Positions 1 to 13,573 of a stretch of DNA of 64,000 bases are shown here, piece by piece. The stretch lies in assembly GCA_040954595.2 (NCBI GenBank), contig CM082579.2:9723625-9787624 (forward strand). The letters are read 5' to 3'. The first letter of the stretch is position 1. Every line of letters starts with the position of its first letter. The notes beneath the pieces were generated by a model. It did not search any database. It was not told the origin of the DNA and saw only the letters and a program-made list of their open reading frames with translations. This stretch comes from Balanoglossus misakiensis. Its lineage: Eukaryota > Animalia > Hemichordata. The position numbers were made by a program, and so were the translations under genes.

Positions 1-3000
1 CACAATATTGTAAAGCATGTCTCTGAGCTTGCCTGTTTGTTATATATTTGTACTTTCCATGAACTGCAGAAAAAGGAGAACAAAACAGCAATTCCTTTAA
101 GATCGGTAGTCATTCAGGTACTTTAAGTGCATGGTGGTGGGTGTCTTTAATAAACAAGTGATTGAAAACAGCAAGCCAAGTCTCAGAAAAGATGGAGTTT
201 CTTTTCTGTGTTCACTTAGATATCACGTTTTGTCACAGCGTATTAGTCAGATCTGGAGAAGGAAAACGCGAGTTCTCTTTTTTCTACGTGACTAACTTAC
301 AGGAGTAAAACGATAAGCTGAAATTTAAAAAAAAATGTGGAAAATGGGCAAAATGATGATTTTCATGTTCGTCAAGCAGCTCCTAAAATGTCCCACGTCA
401 GATTGTGACTTATCAACGTGACCACAAACCATACCTGGTAACCAACAGATAAACGGGTATACTTCAGAGCAGTTTTTTGCAGCCCAAGTACCATTCCTGT
501 CGTAAAATTGATAAGTGTTTTTAAAGTTTCATTCGATTCACAAGGTTTCCTTTGTGATTTTTTTATGTTGACAAAAATCACCCTAAAAATATTCAGGCGA
601 CACCATAAGTAACGCAATGCATTGGTCAGTTATTTTGTGGCTTAAAACCAATTCTCCCCACACCCCATTATAGAATTAACGGAACAACTCACGTGAAAGC
701 AGCGCAGTGATTTCGATTGTCTGATGGTTCACCATCGCCCCAGTTTGTGTATTCTGACTCGGCAAGTCCCGTGTACAGCCAACGGCCCTTTGGCTTGTGG
801 TAGTGCAGGCCGAACCATACGCCTAAAGTGAGAAGAAATCTGAACGTGTCGCTGGGTCTTGTTTTGCTATCTCCCATACACTAAACGGGATCACTTTGAC
901 TGCATTTGGAATGACTTTACAGCATTCGCCATAGTTACCAGTGTTTTGAGCAAACTCACTGGTCGAGAGATCAGTTGAGTTTGGCGGTGCATTTGGCTTT
1001 TTTTTAAAGTAGTGGTGGCGGGGAGGGGGGGGGCATGCTTTCTGAATGATAGATGGTCTCCCTGTGCCGAAACTCGAGTGCTCGGCATATCGTGTTGTCA
1101 TAAAACTATGTGAAACACAAGAACACCTTCAGAACAACGTAACTTCGAATCTGACGAAGTGAATCTTACGTCGCATGCTGACCGTCACCGGACCAAATAT
1201 AAGTTTTGATAGATCTGAACTTACCGCCCCCGTATAACGGATAAAAGACGCTCCAGATCAAACTTTCCATGGTTGATTGATCAAACTGGTTCGCTACAAT
1301 GGCCAATACACCACCTTTTCTGGCGCAATGTTCCCGGGCATTGTTCCACGTGGCCGCACCATCGATAAGTTGATATTCGTCTAACACTGTAAAGAACACG
1401 AACACGGTAAGTGGTGTGGTGCACATTGTAAGTGTACGTTAGATAATGCTCTCAACATAAGCAATTGATTATGGATATTTGCTGAAACCAATGAAACCTC
1501 GTTACTGAGCCAGTGCACTTGCACCAAACAATCGAGGCTACTGCACGATCCTATCAGATATTGCATTCCTGTCTTGCTCGGCTATGGCTATCCACGAAGC
1601 CCCTTTACTCAATACGGCTAAATATACAGCAAAGACAAATTCCAATCGGAGAGGAATACCTTCTCACCTGCCCACACTTCCACTTCGTTAAGAATCAATT
1701 GTCTGCTCGCACCCGACAACTTTATTCTCACGATTTGTCCAACCACCGGGCCACACGGCAGGGTGATCACTTCTTCTGTGTACATCTGCCTTGTGACCGT
1801 TCCACATGTAAACTTTTTTTGACTCTTATCTTGAAGTAGAGGGTTCTTCATGATGACTACCTCCGCGTCGCTTATCAGGGCTCCTGTAACCAGGTTCAGA
1901 TGCCAAAAGAAATCACTTGGCCTAATGCCTTACTCACTCGCATTCAAATGGTGAAATCAATTTACATCAACCCATTTGTCGCACTGCTTACTACGGCGAC
2001 AGCGTTATTTGTCTGTGAGCCTCTGTTGAGGAAAACTGCAACATTTGATAATTTTAACTTTTAAACTCATTTCATGCGTAACTGTCGACATGCCTTGAAA
2101 CAAAAGTTTCGATTCTTGTAATTTCTTTTCTGCACCGTGGTCATGCGTATCAATGCAATGGTAGACGTCTAAATTGGTCGGACACAATGTGTCTTGTGTT
2201 CCTAATATTTTAGTGCATGTAGTAAAATGAAACATTGTTTTACCCTTGTGTATATCATCAACGGGGTGAATGATGGTAATCTTTCGTATGATGTAATGTA
2301 GCTGGAGATTGACTTTCCACCATGCATTCCACTGCCCTGTAGTTTGACTGTATGTATATATCAGACTATCAACGGCTCGGTTGGTGGCGTCGTTTGCGCT
2401 GCTTGCACTTGTTGGCTTGTTTAGCGCCACATTGACATCCGGGTAGTCTGTCGGTAAGATGCCTTATTGTTATAAAACGAAATGTCTGTTTAACTTTTTA
2501 AACACTTTGTTAAAAGCTTCGCTTTTTGTAACTTTTGACGATTTTTTTTCTGTATTTGTAAGCTGTCAAGGACAGGATTGTAAGATATGCCTTACCCACA
2601 TTCCCCCGGCCCACCCCTCATAATAACTGAAAACTCCCTCGCATAAATATAAGGGACCCAGGCATGCTTTCCAAAAATATGAAGCTGTCTCCTATGTATC
2701 TATTCAGCACTGACTGTATTTTCAGAACACTGCCACGGAATTCATTTTTGAAGAGGAAATGTTTACCTTGGTATTCGCAGATGAAATAATGCTTTTCAAG
2801 GCAGTCTTCAGCACCGAAATTAAAGAAACTGTCCCACCTATAAAAGGCGAATCAGAAATCAGTATGGCGGATTCAATTCTAGTATAAAACATTATGTTCC
2901 GGACGATGTTGGCAATCATTCGACGCGCAAGCTGTTTTATACACAACATGCACAAGGGAAATTATAAATTATGCAAATAGACTTCTTCGCGGTAAATAGC

Positions 3001-4496
3001 AGACTGCAATGCCGTCTTAGAACGACGAGATGAGGCGTTACCTGATAAGTAGGCAGCTTCCTGATCTGATGACGTCATTCTGCTCGTTACTTGCCCACTG
3101 CATGTACGACAAGCTGTCGCCATTGGTTGAAACCCACTTTCTCTCATCAGCCACTCCATTCCCGTTTATCCAGAACGACTGTGACGTAAGTTGTTCGTGG
3201 GCTATCTGCATCTTGATGCGGTCGTGCAAGGCTGCATCGTCTACGACGGCAAGCATACCCCCTCTGGAGTTACACCTGTCCACTGCTTGGGACCAATTGG
3301 ATGGATCTGTGTTCAGCTGTAGTCGCTTCGTCTGTGCATAACCTTTAAATACATCGAGTATTTACATGTTTTGTCTTCGTACTTAATTCAGTTGGTGCAA
3401 CTAATTTATATCTAGATCACAACTAAATGTGGACGTAATAGCCATAAGCGTCTCTGCGTCCATATGCATGAAAAGGAAAGCGATGTTGATAGCTAAATAA
3501 TATAGAGAAATCATTAAAGATTTATAATAGGCATTACAATACCACATTTTTAATGAAAACACTCTTGTACCAAACGTGACTTTTTGCAGAATTATATTTT
3601 CTATATGATTTGCAAAAGTATTATGTCATTTACGTGACTGGGATTTAAAAGTGACAACATTTGAATTGAGGCAATTGTCTTTTGAAATTACTTAGACCTT
3701 GTTTAAATTTCGGTCACTTATTTACAACATGGACAACAGTAAATTAAAATTTCTCTGAAAACGCCACAGGATCCGTCCTTATTTCGCACAACGTATATTT
3801 ATTTGTAGAGTCAAACACCGACCATTGGATTTAAAATAGTACGTTCAAAACAGTTTAGAGCCCGGGAGTGAATAATAATAAAAAAACTTATATGTGATCG
3901 CACAAAGAAATTCGATCACGCGTCGCTATGTCTTTCAGCTGTCATGGAAATAATACTTTGGTGACATTAAGTGATCTGGGCGCATCACAAGTGCTAATTG
4001 AAGTATTTGATACAGCATAGACATGTCTATGGCTACAGATGAAATTATGCAACTCTTTGTTGGGATCGATCGGCCTTTGTTTTTCAGAAACGTTTCATGT
4101 CTATTGAAAAGGCTCTATTCTCCGAGGAACATTCGATACAGGAGCTACAGGCATATCGGTTGCTAAATATGATGCTTTTCGAGAAATCGATTCCACAGCG
4201 AGTTTGCCGAGTCTTTTCTCTGAGAAAGTTTTAATGACGTCTCCATTAATAAATGATTCTTTTTGGGACATAGTGATCTCTACTTCCATGTACATGATAT
4301 TGTGACGTTTATTCACTGTGCAAGTCGAGACGATATGGCTTGGGTAATTACGAAACTTAATACTGTAGTAGCCGTTTGTACACTGCCGCCTCGGTACTAG
4401 TTAACACTATACAAAATGCAAGGTGCACGAATGAATTATGAGTGCCTGGATTTTATTACCCAGGCCACTACAAAATTATACCAGGAAGTTTTGTTC

Positions 4497-4594
<98 letters not shown>

Positions 4595-5720
4595 TCGAGT
4601 CTTTTATCTGAGAAAGTTTAAATGACGTCTCCATTAATAAATGATTCTTTTGGACATGGTGATCTCTACTTCCATGTACATGATATTGTGACGTCTATTG
4701 TACAATTGTAATTTCATAAAGTTTAACACACGGTTCAGCCAAATGAAATACAATTCATTAGCCGGAAAAAATAATATTTTTCACTGTGCTCAACTGTATA
4801 TGTGAGATAGAATTTATTAAAAGTGGTCAGGCATGCAGGTGAAAATTACTGACTCGGCAGTTGTTTTCATTAAAGACTAAATGCCTTGTATTAAAAAAAA
4901 AGAAGTACGGCGACACCTATACCTCATTAAATGATTTTTACTATTTATCAGAATAAAAAGAAACAACCAATTTTACCTATCCTACATCCTGTTTTGTTTA
5001 ATGTATGTCGACCCCTCTCTTTCATTAATTTCTAATAATTCACATTTATTATTATGACATTGTCGATTACCATTTTTAATGGAATTCCGTCGAATAACCT
5101 TCAGTTCAGAGTTGGGCATAGGGATCCTTTCACGGAACCCTGAATGAGCCAATAAGCGACCAGGTAGGCTGTTTGGAGGTTTAAAAAGTTATTGCACTAG
5201 AAAAATTAATAGTTATAATAACATGTCCCAATTAATAACGTTCGTGCTGGGGGCTGATTACAAGCCCCGGGAAATTCTGTTGTCAAAACTTCACGCTCGT
5301 TGACGCTGTCTCACAATGCCGCGTCACTATAGAATACAATTTGGATTTACCGATTGCATTTCCGTGTGACGGTTGAATGATACCGTTATTTGCGGATGTG
5401 GCCCGTGGCGACAGGGATGACGCCTGCATGGAAAAACTTGTCAGTGAAAGTCTCTCGAACGGCCTGCATGCTCAGATAACTAGCATCACAAGAAATGGTG
5501 TCACACGTCATGATGCAAGCTGACAACTTTTCTCAAAGCCCTCGCGATCACAAAATATAAATTCTGTGCTAAAACCAGCGTCGTGCGAGTGCTTGAAATG
5601 ACTATATAGTGCAAAGCAGTACTTACCATCCTGAAAACCATAGGCCAAAAGAATTAAAATGCAGAAGCACGCACTTCCACTGGTCATCCTTACGACAGAC
5701 ACGGATCCAAGTCTTTTCAT
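1..5720 (-). CDS. Polycystin-1-like / REJ-type lectin receptor, paralog A (5' part only; continues past the left edge): signal peptide, CTL, fucolectin (F-type lectin/FTP), CTL, start of third CTL
   Basis: Phase-consistent GT..AG exons on - strand: 5627-5720, 3042-3342, 2767-2837, 2244-2447, 1668-1883, 1225-1386, 693-822, 435-496, 1-63 (partial). Motifs: hydrophobic leader (CFCILILLAYG), CTL (WSQAVDRC..GGMLA..FWING..YMQW..C..C..FICE; VWFGL..YTNWGDGEPS..C), FTP (NVALNKP..RAVD..WWKVNL..GQIVRI..LILNEVEVW). No stops seen. The REJ call rests on near-identity to paralog B. Confidence 0.85.
4209..4699. repeat. ~105-bp direct repeat (4209-4313 and 4596-4699) bracketing a unique segment and a (CAA)n tract
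   Basis: Both copies read cgagtctttt.tctgagaaagttt.aatgacgtctccattaataaatgattc...tctacttccatgtacatgatattgtgacgt.tatt. Confidence 0.85.
4496..4593 (+). repeat. (CAA)n microsatellite in intron 1 of paralog A
   Basis: About 30 CAA units; source of the spurious poly-Q ORF 4416..4625. Confidence 0.97.
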
Positions 5721-5763
5721 GGCATCATGTCATATGAAAGTGCCGAAACAACGTGAAACATCA

Positions 5764-5773
5764 CACTTATATA
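5764..5773 (-). promoter_or_regulatory. TATA box of paralog A (TATATAAGTG)
   Basis: cacttatata on + strand, ~45 nt upstream of the ATG at 5720; the same motif is at the equivalent position in paralog B. Confidence 0.65.
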
Positions 5774-6874
5774 GTATTTCGTATCGCCACACAAAAGTTT
5801 CAGTTATCTTCACCGCCGTGTCAAATTAATTTCCCAGGGGACCATCCCCGCAACTCAGATGACGCCAGACAATACACTAATCGAAGATTTATGAACCCTT
5901 TTTTATAATCACAGACGGAATACTAAGTCTTTTCACAAAGTTTTGCAAACAAGCCTTGGAAAAGAGAAAGTTCCAGGTTCTGAAAAAAGAATAATTTCTT
6001 CACAACGTGCTCAATTAACCCTTTCTCCATTCAAAGTTACTTCATTGTTCGGATATTTAAATTTCAGACAATTGGAGAACATTTTACTCTACAATTAAAA
6101 ATATGCACTGTGACTTCCCTACCTAACGAGGACTATTTGCGCGGAAAAATCAAATTGTGGTGTGAAAAGTTTCAACAGTTTGCATATACACTGTACCAGG
6201 GTAATACCCTCTCATACATTAGAAGTCACAGTGCCGTATTCAATAGTGCTGAAATTCTTTTGAACACCAGCCTGGGATTTTGACAGAGATGGGACAGCGA
6301 ATTTCAATAAATGTGGAAATGCGGGTAAACATAACACCGCGAAAGAATTACAGGTCAGTAAAGTGATACATTTCTTAAAATAGAGGAACCATCATCCAAT
6401 TGACCCGTTTCACAGGAAAACAGTCACTGCCAAGAATCTCATGTTGACAGCACAGTCGCGCATGCGTCAAATCGGTATGCAAAACGTAGACTTGTATATA
6501 GATAATAGTATAGCTGCGTGAGTTTACCAATCATTGTAATTACTGCATTGCATTTTTTGACCCCCTGAATAAAACAAGGAACTTTCTTTGTCACACCTTT
6601 AGGGGAAATGGAACAATGACAACACTTTGAATGGAGAAGATGTTAATTTGGCAAATTGCGGAGAAACTCTAATTTTGTCAGATCCTTGACAATAAAGAAA
6701 CTTCTGTTTTCCAAGTCATTTTGGAAAAAAACAATTGTGAAAAGACTTAGTATTTCGTCTGTGATCATTAAAAACTGTCATAAATATTCGATCAGTGTAT
6801 TTTTGTGCCTCTGGGATATTATTTTTACCCGGCCGTGAAGGAAACCAACTTTGTGTGATTATATGAGATACATG

Positions 6875-6884
6875 TATATAAGTG
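6875..6884 (+). promoter_or_regulatory. TATA box of paralog B (TATATAAGTG)
   Basis: tatataagtg ~45 nt upstream of the ATG at 6925, conserved in both arms while flanking sequence diverges. Confidence 0.65.
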
Positions 6885-6924
6885 GGACGTTGCACGTTGT
6901 TTCGGCACTTTCATATAACATGCC

Positions 6925-9900
6925 ATGAAAAGACTTGGATCCGTGTCTGTCGTAAGGATGACTAGTGGAAGTGCGTGCTTCTGCATTTTAATTCTTTTGG
7001 CCTCTGGTTTACAGATTGGTAAGTACTGCGTTGCACTATATAGTCATTTCAATTACTCGCATGACGCTTGTTTTAGCACAGAAATTATATTTTGTGATTG
7101 CGAGGGTTTTGAGAAAAGTTGTCAGCTTGCCTCATGACGTGTGACAGCACTTAGATGAGCAGTGCCTTTTTCTTGTGATTCAATGCAAGTTATCTGAGCA
7201 TGCAGGCCGTTCGAGAGACTTTCACTGAAAAGTTTTTCCGGGCATCATGCCTGAGCTATGTGTATACAATATAATGAAAACGACAATAGTACAAGTGGAT
7301 TTTGTTGAGAAATGTGGAGCAAAATGCGTAGGCCCATACTTCATTCCCGCACCTCGCGTTTGGTGTACCAAAGTGACTCCTTTTAACTTTGGTAAGGTCT
7401 CTTCATACGTCTTTCGGTAACAACTACAATGACGGCAGTGTACAGACGGTTACCATTAAGCTGTATTGTCTCGCCTATAGCGCAGTGAATAAACATCATC
7501 ACAACATATAAGCCAAATGTACATGAAGGTATAGGTCCACAAATAAGTACTTATTACTGGAAACGTTGTTAACACGTACATAGATTGAGGACTGATGAAG
7601 TAGCTGCAGATCATTTTGGTAAGGGCCCGGTCAGAATTAACAGAGGGTGGGGCCGGTGCGATTCAAAATCTGAATGCATGAAAAATACCGACCCTCCCCC
7701 GATTTCTTGCACAAAAATGAGTGACCCTCCCCCTGACTCGTGCCCAAAATGTAGTGCCCCACCCCCCAAACCGTTGCATGAAAAATGTTGACCCTCCCCC
7801 AATTGCACCGTCCTCCCTCCTGTTAATTCTGACCAGGCCCTAACCAATATGCCCGTAGCCGCTGTATGAAATGTTCCTCAAAGAATACAGCCATGGCGGC
7901 AGTGTACAATCTCTTACTATGATATTTCATTTGTATACTCTGTGTGTAATTTTAGTAACATTTCCAAGGAAGTCTTGTGCGCATGTGCGTAATTTCGCGT
8001 GTTCTAACATTACGTCCAATCCAAATGTTCTGCAAATTTCGCATTCGATGCATTCAAATAGTGGACTGCCTTTGCTCCCTACCATATTTCTTGCACACTC
8101 TTTAAATGTTACTAAAAATTACACACACAGAGGACTGAAGAACTGGCTGTGGATTCGATTTCTTATAAAGCGTCACTTTTAGCAACCAATATGCCCCGTA
8201 GCATATATCAAACATTCCTCGAAGAATAGAGCAATGACGGCAGTGTACGACGGTTCTAGTTACAGTATCTAGACTTGTGCAGTAAGCAGACATCACAAAA
8301 TAGGTCTAATATACTTGCGGGTATATATCACTGTGCCCAAAAATAATAATTTATTAATGGAAAGGTTATTATACGACCTACACAGAGAGAGGACTGAATG
8401 AACTTTAGCTGTGGAATCGATTTCTCTTAAAGCGTCATCTGGCGTGCCTCTGGCTCTTGTATCGAATGCACCTCGGAGAATAGAGCCATTTCAATAGACG
8501 CGAAACTTTTCTGAACAGCAAAGGCCGAGTAACTCTGACAAATGATTGCCTGAGTTCATTTTTAACAGCTTTTTTCAATTACCACTTGTAATGCGCCCGG
8601 AGCACCAAATACCGCCAAAGAGGATTATATTCAAAAAACACTGAAAGACTAATTTGAATAGCGACGCGTGATCGAATTTCTTTGTGAGGTCACATAAAAG
8701 TTTTTTTTTGATAAAACGCACGCGGGATCTCTAAAATATGTTTGTCACTTTCCCATGCACGCTAGCCTAATGCCACGCATAACGACTTGATTTTGAAAAC
8801 CACAGAAAATATAATTATGCATTGAATTGTCAAATCCATGTTTGGTGTGGGATTGCATATTACCAAGTCTTGAATGATTCCCGTATATTATTTGTGTCAA
8901 CCCTAATAAAATCCGTTTTTCTTTTCATGCATGTGGACGGAGAGATGCTTATTGCTTTAATCTGTTACGTCCATAATAAGTTGTGATCTAGATGAAAATT
9001 AGTTGCACCAACTGATTTCAGTACAAAGACAAAAAATGTAAATACTCGATGTATTTAAAGGTTATGCACAGACGAAGCGACTACAGCTGAACACAGATCC
9101 ATCCAATTGGTCCCAAGCAGTGGACAGGTGTAACTCCAGAGGGGGTATGCTTGCCGTCGTAGACGATGCAGCCTTGCACGACCGCATCAAGATGCAGATA
9201 GCCCACGAAGAACTTACGTCACAGTCGTTCTGGATAAACGGGAATGGAGTGGCTGATGAGAGAAAGTGGGTTTCAACCAATGGCGAAAGCTTGTCGTACA
9301 TGCAATTGGCAAGTAACGACCAGAATGACGTCATCAGATCAGAAAGCTGCCTACTTATCAGGTAACGCCTCATCTCGTCGTTCAAAGACGGTATTGCAGT
9401 CTGCTATTTACCGCGAAGAAGTCTATTTGCATAATTTATAATTTCCCTTGTGTATAAAACAGCTTGCGCGTCGAATGATTGCCAACATCGTCCAGAACAT
9501 AATGTTTTATACTAGAATTGAATCCGCCATACCGATTTCTGATTCGCCTTTTATAGGTGGGACGGTTTCTTTAATTTCGGTGCTGAAGACTGCCTTGAAC
9601 AGCATTATTTCATCTGCGAATACCAAGGTAAACATTTCCTCTTCAAAAATGAATTCCACAGTGTCTTGAAAATACAGTCAGTGCTGAATAGATACATAGG
9701 AGACAGCTTCATATTTATATTTATGCGAGGGAGTTTTCAGTTATTATGAGGGGTGGGCCGGGGGAATGTGGGTAAGGCATATCTTACAATCCTGTCCTTG
9801 ACAGCTTACAAATCCAAAAAAAAAAAGATCTTCAAAAGTTACAAAAAGCGAAGCTTTTAACTAAGTGTTTAGAAAGTTAAACAGACATTTCGTTTTATAA

Positions 9901-12900
9901 CAATAAGGCATTTTACCGACAGACTACCCGGATGTCAATGTGGCGCTAAACAAGCCAACAAGTGAAAGCAGCGCAAACGACGCCACCAACCGAGCTGTTG
10001 ATAGTCTGATATATACATACAGTCAAACTACAGGGCAGATGAATGCATGGTGGGAAGTCGATCTCCAGCTACATTACATCATACGAAAGATTACCATCAT
10101 TCACCCCGTTGATGATATACACAAGGGTAAAACAATGTTTTATTTTACTACAGGCACTAAAATATTACGGACACAAGACACGTCAACATCTTCAAACCCA
10201 TCTTGTGAACTAGCTTTGCAGTCAAGAAATACATCCCAATTATCGATAACAGTGTGCTGATACATTGTGTCCGACCAATTTAGACGTCTACCGTTGCATT
10301 GATACGCATGGCCACAGTGCAGAAAAGAAATTACAAGAATCGAAACTTTTGTTTCAAAACATGTCGACAGTTACGCATGAAATGAGTTTAAAAGTTAGTT
10401 ATTTAACCCAACTTTAAAATTACCAAATGTTGCAGTTGCTTTAAGATGTAACTGTAAAGTTTTCCACAACTGAGGCGCACAGACGTAAAAAAGCTCTGTC
10501 ACTACACGTGTAAAAAGCAGGGGACTATAATGGGTTGATGTAAATTGATCCCACCATTTGAATGCGAGTGAGTAACGCATTAGGCCAAGTGATTTCTTTT
10601 GGCATCTGAACCTTGTTACAGGAGCCCTGATAAGCGACGCGGAGGTAATCATCAAGAAGAACCCTCTACTTCATGCTAAGAGTCGAGAAACGTTAACATG
10701 TGGAACGGTCACAGGGCAGATGTACGCAGAAGAAGTGATCACCCTGCCGTGTGGCCCGGTGGTTGGACAAATCGTGAGAATACAGTTGCCGGGTGCGAGC
10801 AGACAATTGATTCTTAACGAAGTGGAAGTGTGGGCAGGTGAGAAGGTATTCTTCTCGGATTGGAATTTGTCTTTGCTGTATATTTAGCCGTATTGAGTAA
10901 AGGGGCTTCGTGGATAGCTATAGCCGAGCAAGACAGGAATGCAATATCTGATAAGATCGTGCAGTAGCCTCGAATGTTTGGTGCAAGTGCACTGGCTCAG
11001 TAACGAGGTTTCATTGGTTTCAGCAAATATCCACAATCAATTGCTTATGTTGAGAGCATATCTAACGTACACTTACACCACGCCACGCCACACCACACCA
11101 CACCACACCATTGTGTTCGTCGTGTTCTTTACAGTGTTAGATGAATATCAACTTATCGATGGTGCGGCCACGTGGAACAATGCCCGGGAACATTGCGCCA
11201 GAAAAGGTGGTGTATTGGCCATGGTAGCGAACCAGTTTGATCAATCAACCATGGAAAGTTTGATCTCGAGCGTCTTTTATCCGTTATACGGGGGCGGTAA
11301 GTTAAGATCTATCAAAACTTATATTTGGTCCGGTGACGGTCAGCATGCGACGTAAGATTCACTTCGTCAGATTCGAAGTTACGTTGTTCTGAAGGAGTTA
11401 TTATGTTTCACATAGTTTTATGACAACACGGTATGCCGAGCACTCGAGTTTCGGCACAGGGAGACCATCTATCATTCAGAAAGGCGTGCCCCCTCCCCGC
11501 CGCCACTACTTTTAAAAAAGCCATATGCACCGCCAAACTCAACTGATCTCTCGGCCAGTGAGTTTGCTCAAAACACTGGTAACTATGGCGAATGCAGTAA
11601 ATTCATTCCAAATGCAGTCATAGTGATCCCGTTTAGTTTATGGGAGAGAGCAAACAAGGCGCAGCGACACGTTCAGATTTCTTCTCACTTTAGGCGTATG
11701 GTTCGGCCTGCACTACCACGAGCCAAAGGACAGTTGGTTGAACACGGGACTTGCCGAGTCACAGTACACAAACTGGGGCGATGGTGAACCATCAGACAAT
11801 CAAAATCACTGCGCTGCTTTCACGTGAGTGGTTCCGTTAATTCTGTAATGGTATAACCTTTGGGGTGTGGGGAGAATTGGTTTTAAGCCATAAAATAACT
11901 GACCAATGCATTACGTTACTTATGATGTCGCCTGAATTTTAAGGGGTTTTCATATCAACATAAACAAATCACAAAGAAAACCTTCTGAGAGTGAAGGAAT
12001 GTTTACATGACGTTCAGCCTTCAGTGTAAATTGAAATAACCTTTGAACAATTATCAATTTTGCAACAGGAATGGTACTTGGGCTGCAAAACCTTGCTCTG
12101 AAGTATATACGTTTATCTGTTGGTTACCAGGTATGATTTGATGACCTCCTGATTTACAAACATGAAAATCTATCATTTTGCTCATTTTCCACATTTGAAA
12201 AAAATCAGCATATCGTTTTATTTCGGGAAGGCAATGCATGACGAAATGCCTATAGCATAGAGCCCCCTGTATGTGTTGAAATCTGAATCATGCGTCCATA
12301 CTTGAAGTCATTCGCCAACAACACCAAATGCTGGTAACCATGTTGAAATTGGAAATGCTGACGACTTTGAGCATGATGGATAAGAACTTGTTCTCCTTTT
12401 TCTGCAGTTCATGGAAAGTACAAATATATAACAAACAGGCAAGCTCAGAGACATGCTTTACAATACTGTGAAATTTACGGCAGAACTCTTGCCAGGATAA
12501 CTCACAGAGGCGTCGAGGAAAAGTTGCTGAATATGATGATTGCCGTCAAAGACAAAAGTATGTATGTATGTATGTTTGTATGTATGTATGTATGTATGTA
12601 TGTGTGTATGTATGTATGTACATGTATGTATGTATGTATGTATGTATGTATGTATGTATGTATGTATGTATGTATGTATGTATGTATGTATGTATGTATG
12701 TATGTATGTATGTATGTATGTATGTATGTATGTATGTATGTATGTATGTATGTATGTATGTATGTACATGTATGTATGTATGTATGTATGTATGTATGTA
12801 TGTATGTATGTATGTATGTATGTATGTATGTATGTATGTATGTATGTATGTATGTATGTATGTATGTATGTATGTATGTATGTATGTATGTATGTATGTA

Positions 12901-13176
12901 TGTATGTATGTATGTATGTACATGTATGTATGTATGTATGTATGTATGTATGTATGTATGTATGTATGTATGTATGTATGTATGTATGTATGTATGTATG
13001 TATGTATGTATGTATGTATGTATGTATGTATGTATGTATGAATGTATGTATGTATGTATGAATGTATGTATGTATGTATGTATGTATGTATGTATGTATG
13101 TATGTATGTATGTATGTATGTATGTATGTATGTATGTATGTATGTATAAATGTATGTATGTATGTATGTATGTATG

Positions 13177-13210
<34 letters not shown>

Positions 13211-13539
13211 TGTATGTATGAATGTATGTATGTATGTATGTATGTATGTATGTATGTATGTACATGTATGTATGTATGTATGTATGTATGTATGTATGTA
13301 TGTATGTATGTATGTATGTATGTATGTATGTATGTATGTATGTATGTATGTATGTATGTATGTATGTATGTATGTATGTATGTATGTATGTATGTATGTA
13401 TGTATGTATGTATGTATGTATGTATGTAGTGTATGTATGTATGTATGTATGTATGTATGTATGTATGTATGTATGTATGTATGTATGTATGTATGTATGT
13501 ATGTATGTATGTATGTATGTATGTATGTATGTATGTATG

Positions 13540-13573
<34 letters not shown>

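Larger units (their letters stand above)
1..12470. repeat. Large imperfect inverted duplication (left arm 1-~6050, right arm ~6610-12470, unique spacer ~6050-6610)
   Basis: 1-84 is the reverse complement of 12387-12470. All nine exons and introns 2-7 match in reverse complement. Weaker reverse-complement similarity at 5880-6050 vs 6610-6800 and 3430-4300 vs 8330-8990. Confidence 0.95.

Noticed and set aside
4416-4625. Poly-glutamine ORF
   Set aside because: Translation of an intronic (CAA)n tract; absent from the other arm.
1-12470. Palindrome as an assembly fold-back artefact
   Set aside because: Arms differ by many substitutions, private insertions (MITE, microsatellite) and strongly diverged blocks, and there is a unique spacer. 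Long-read confirmation is still advisable.
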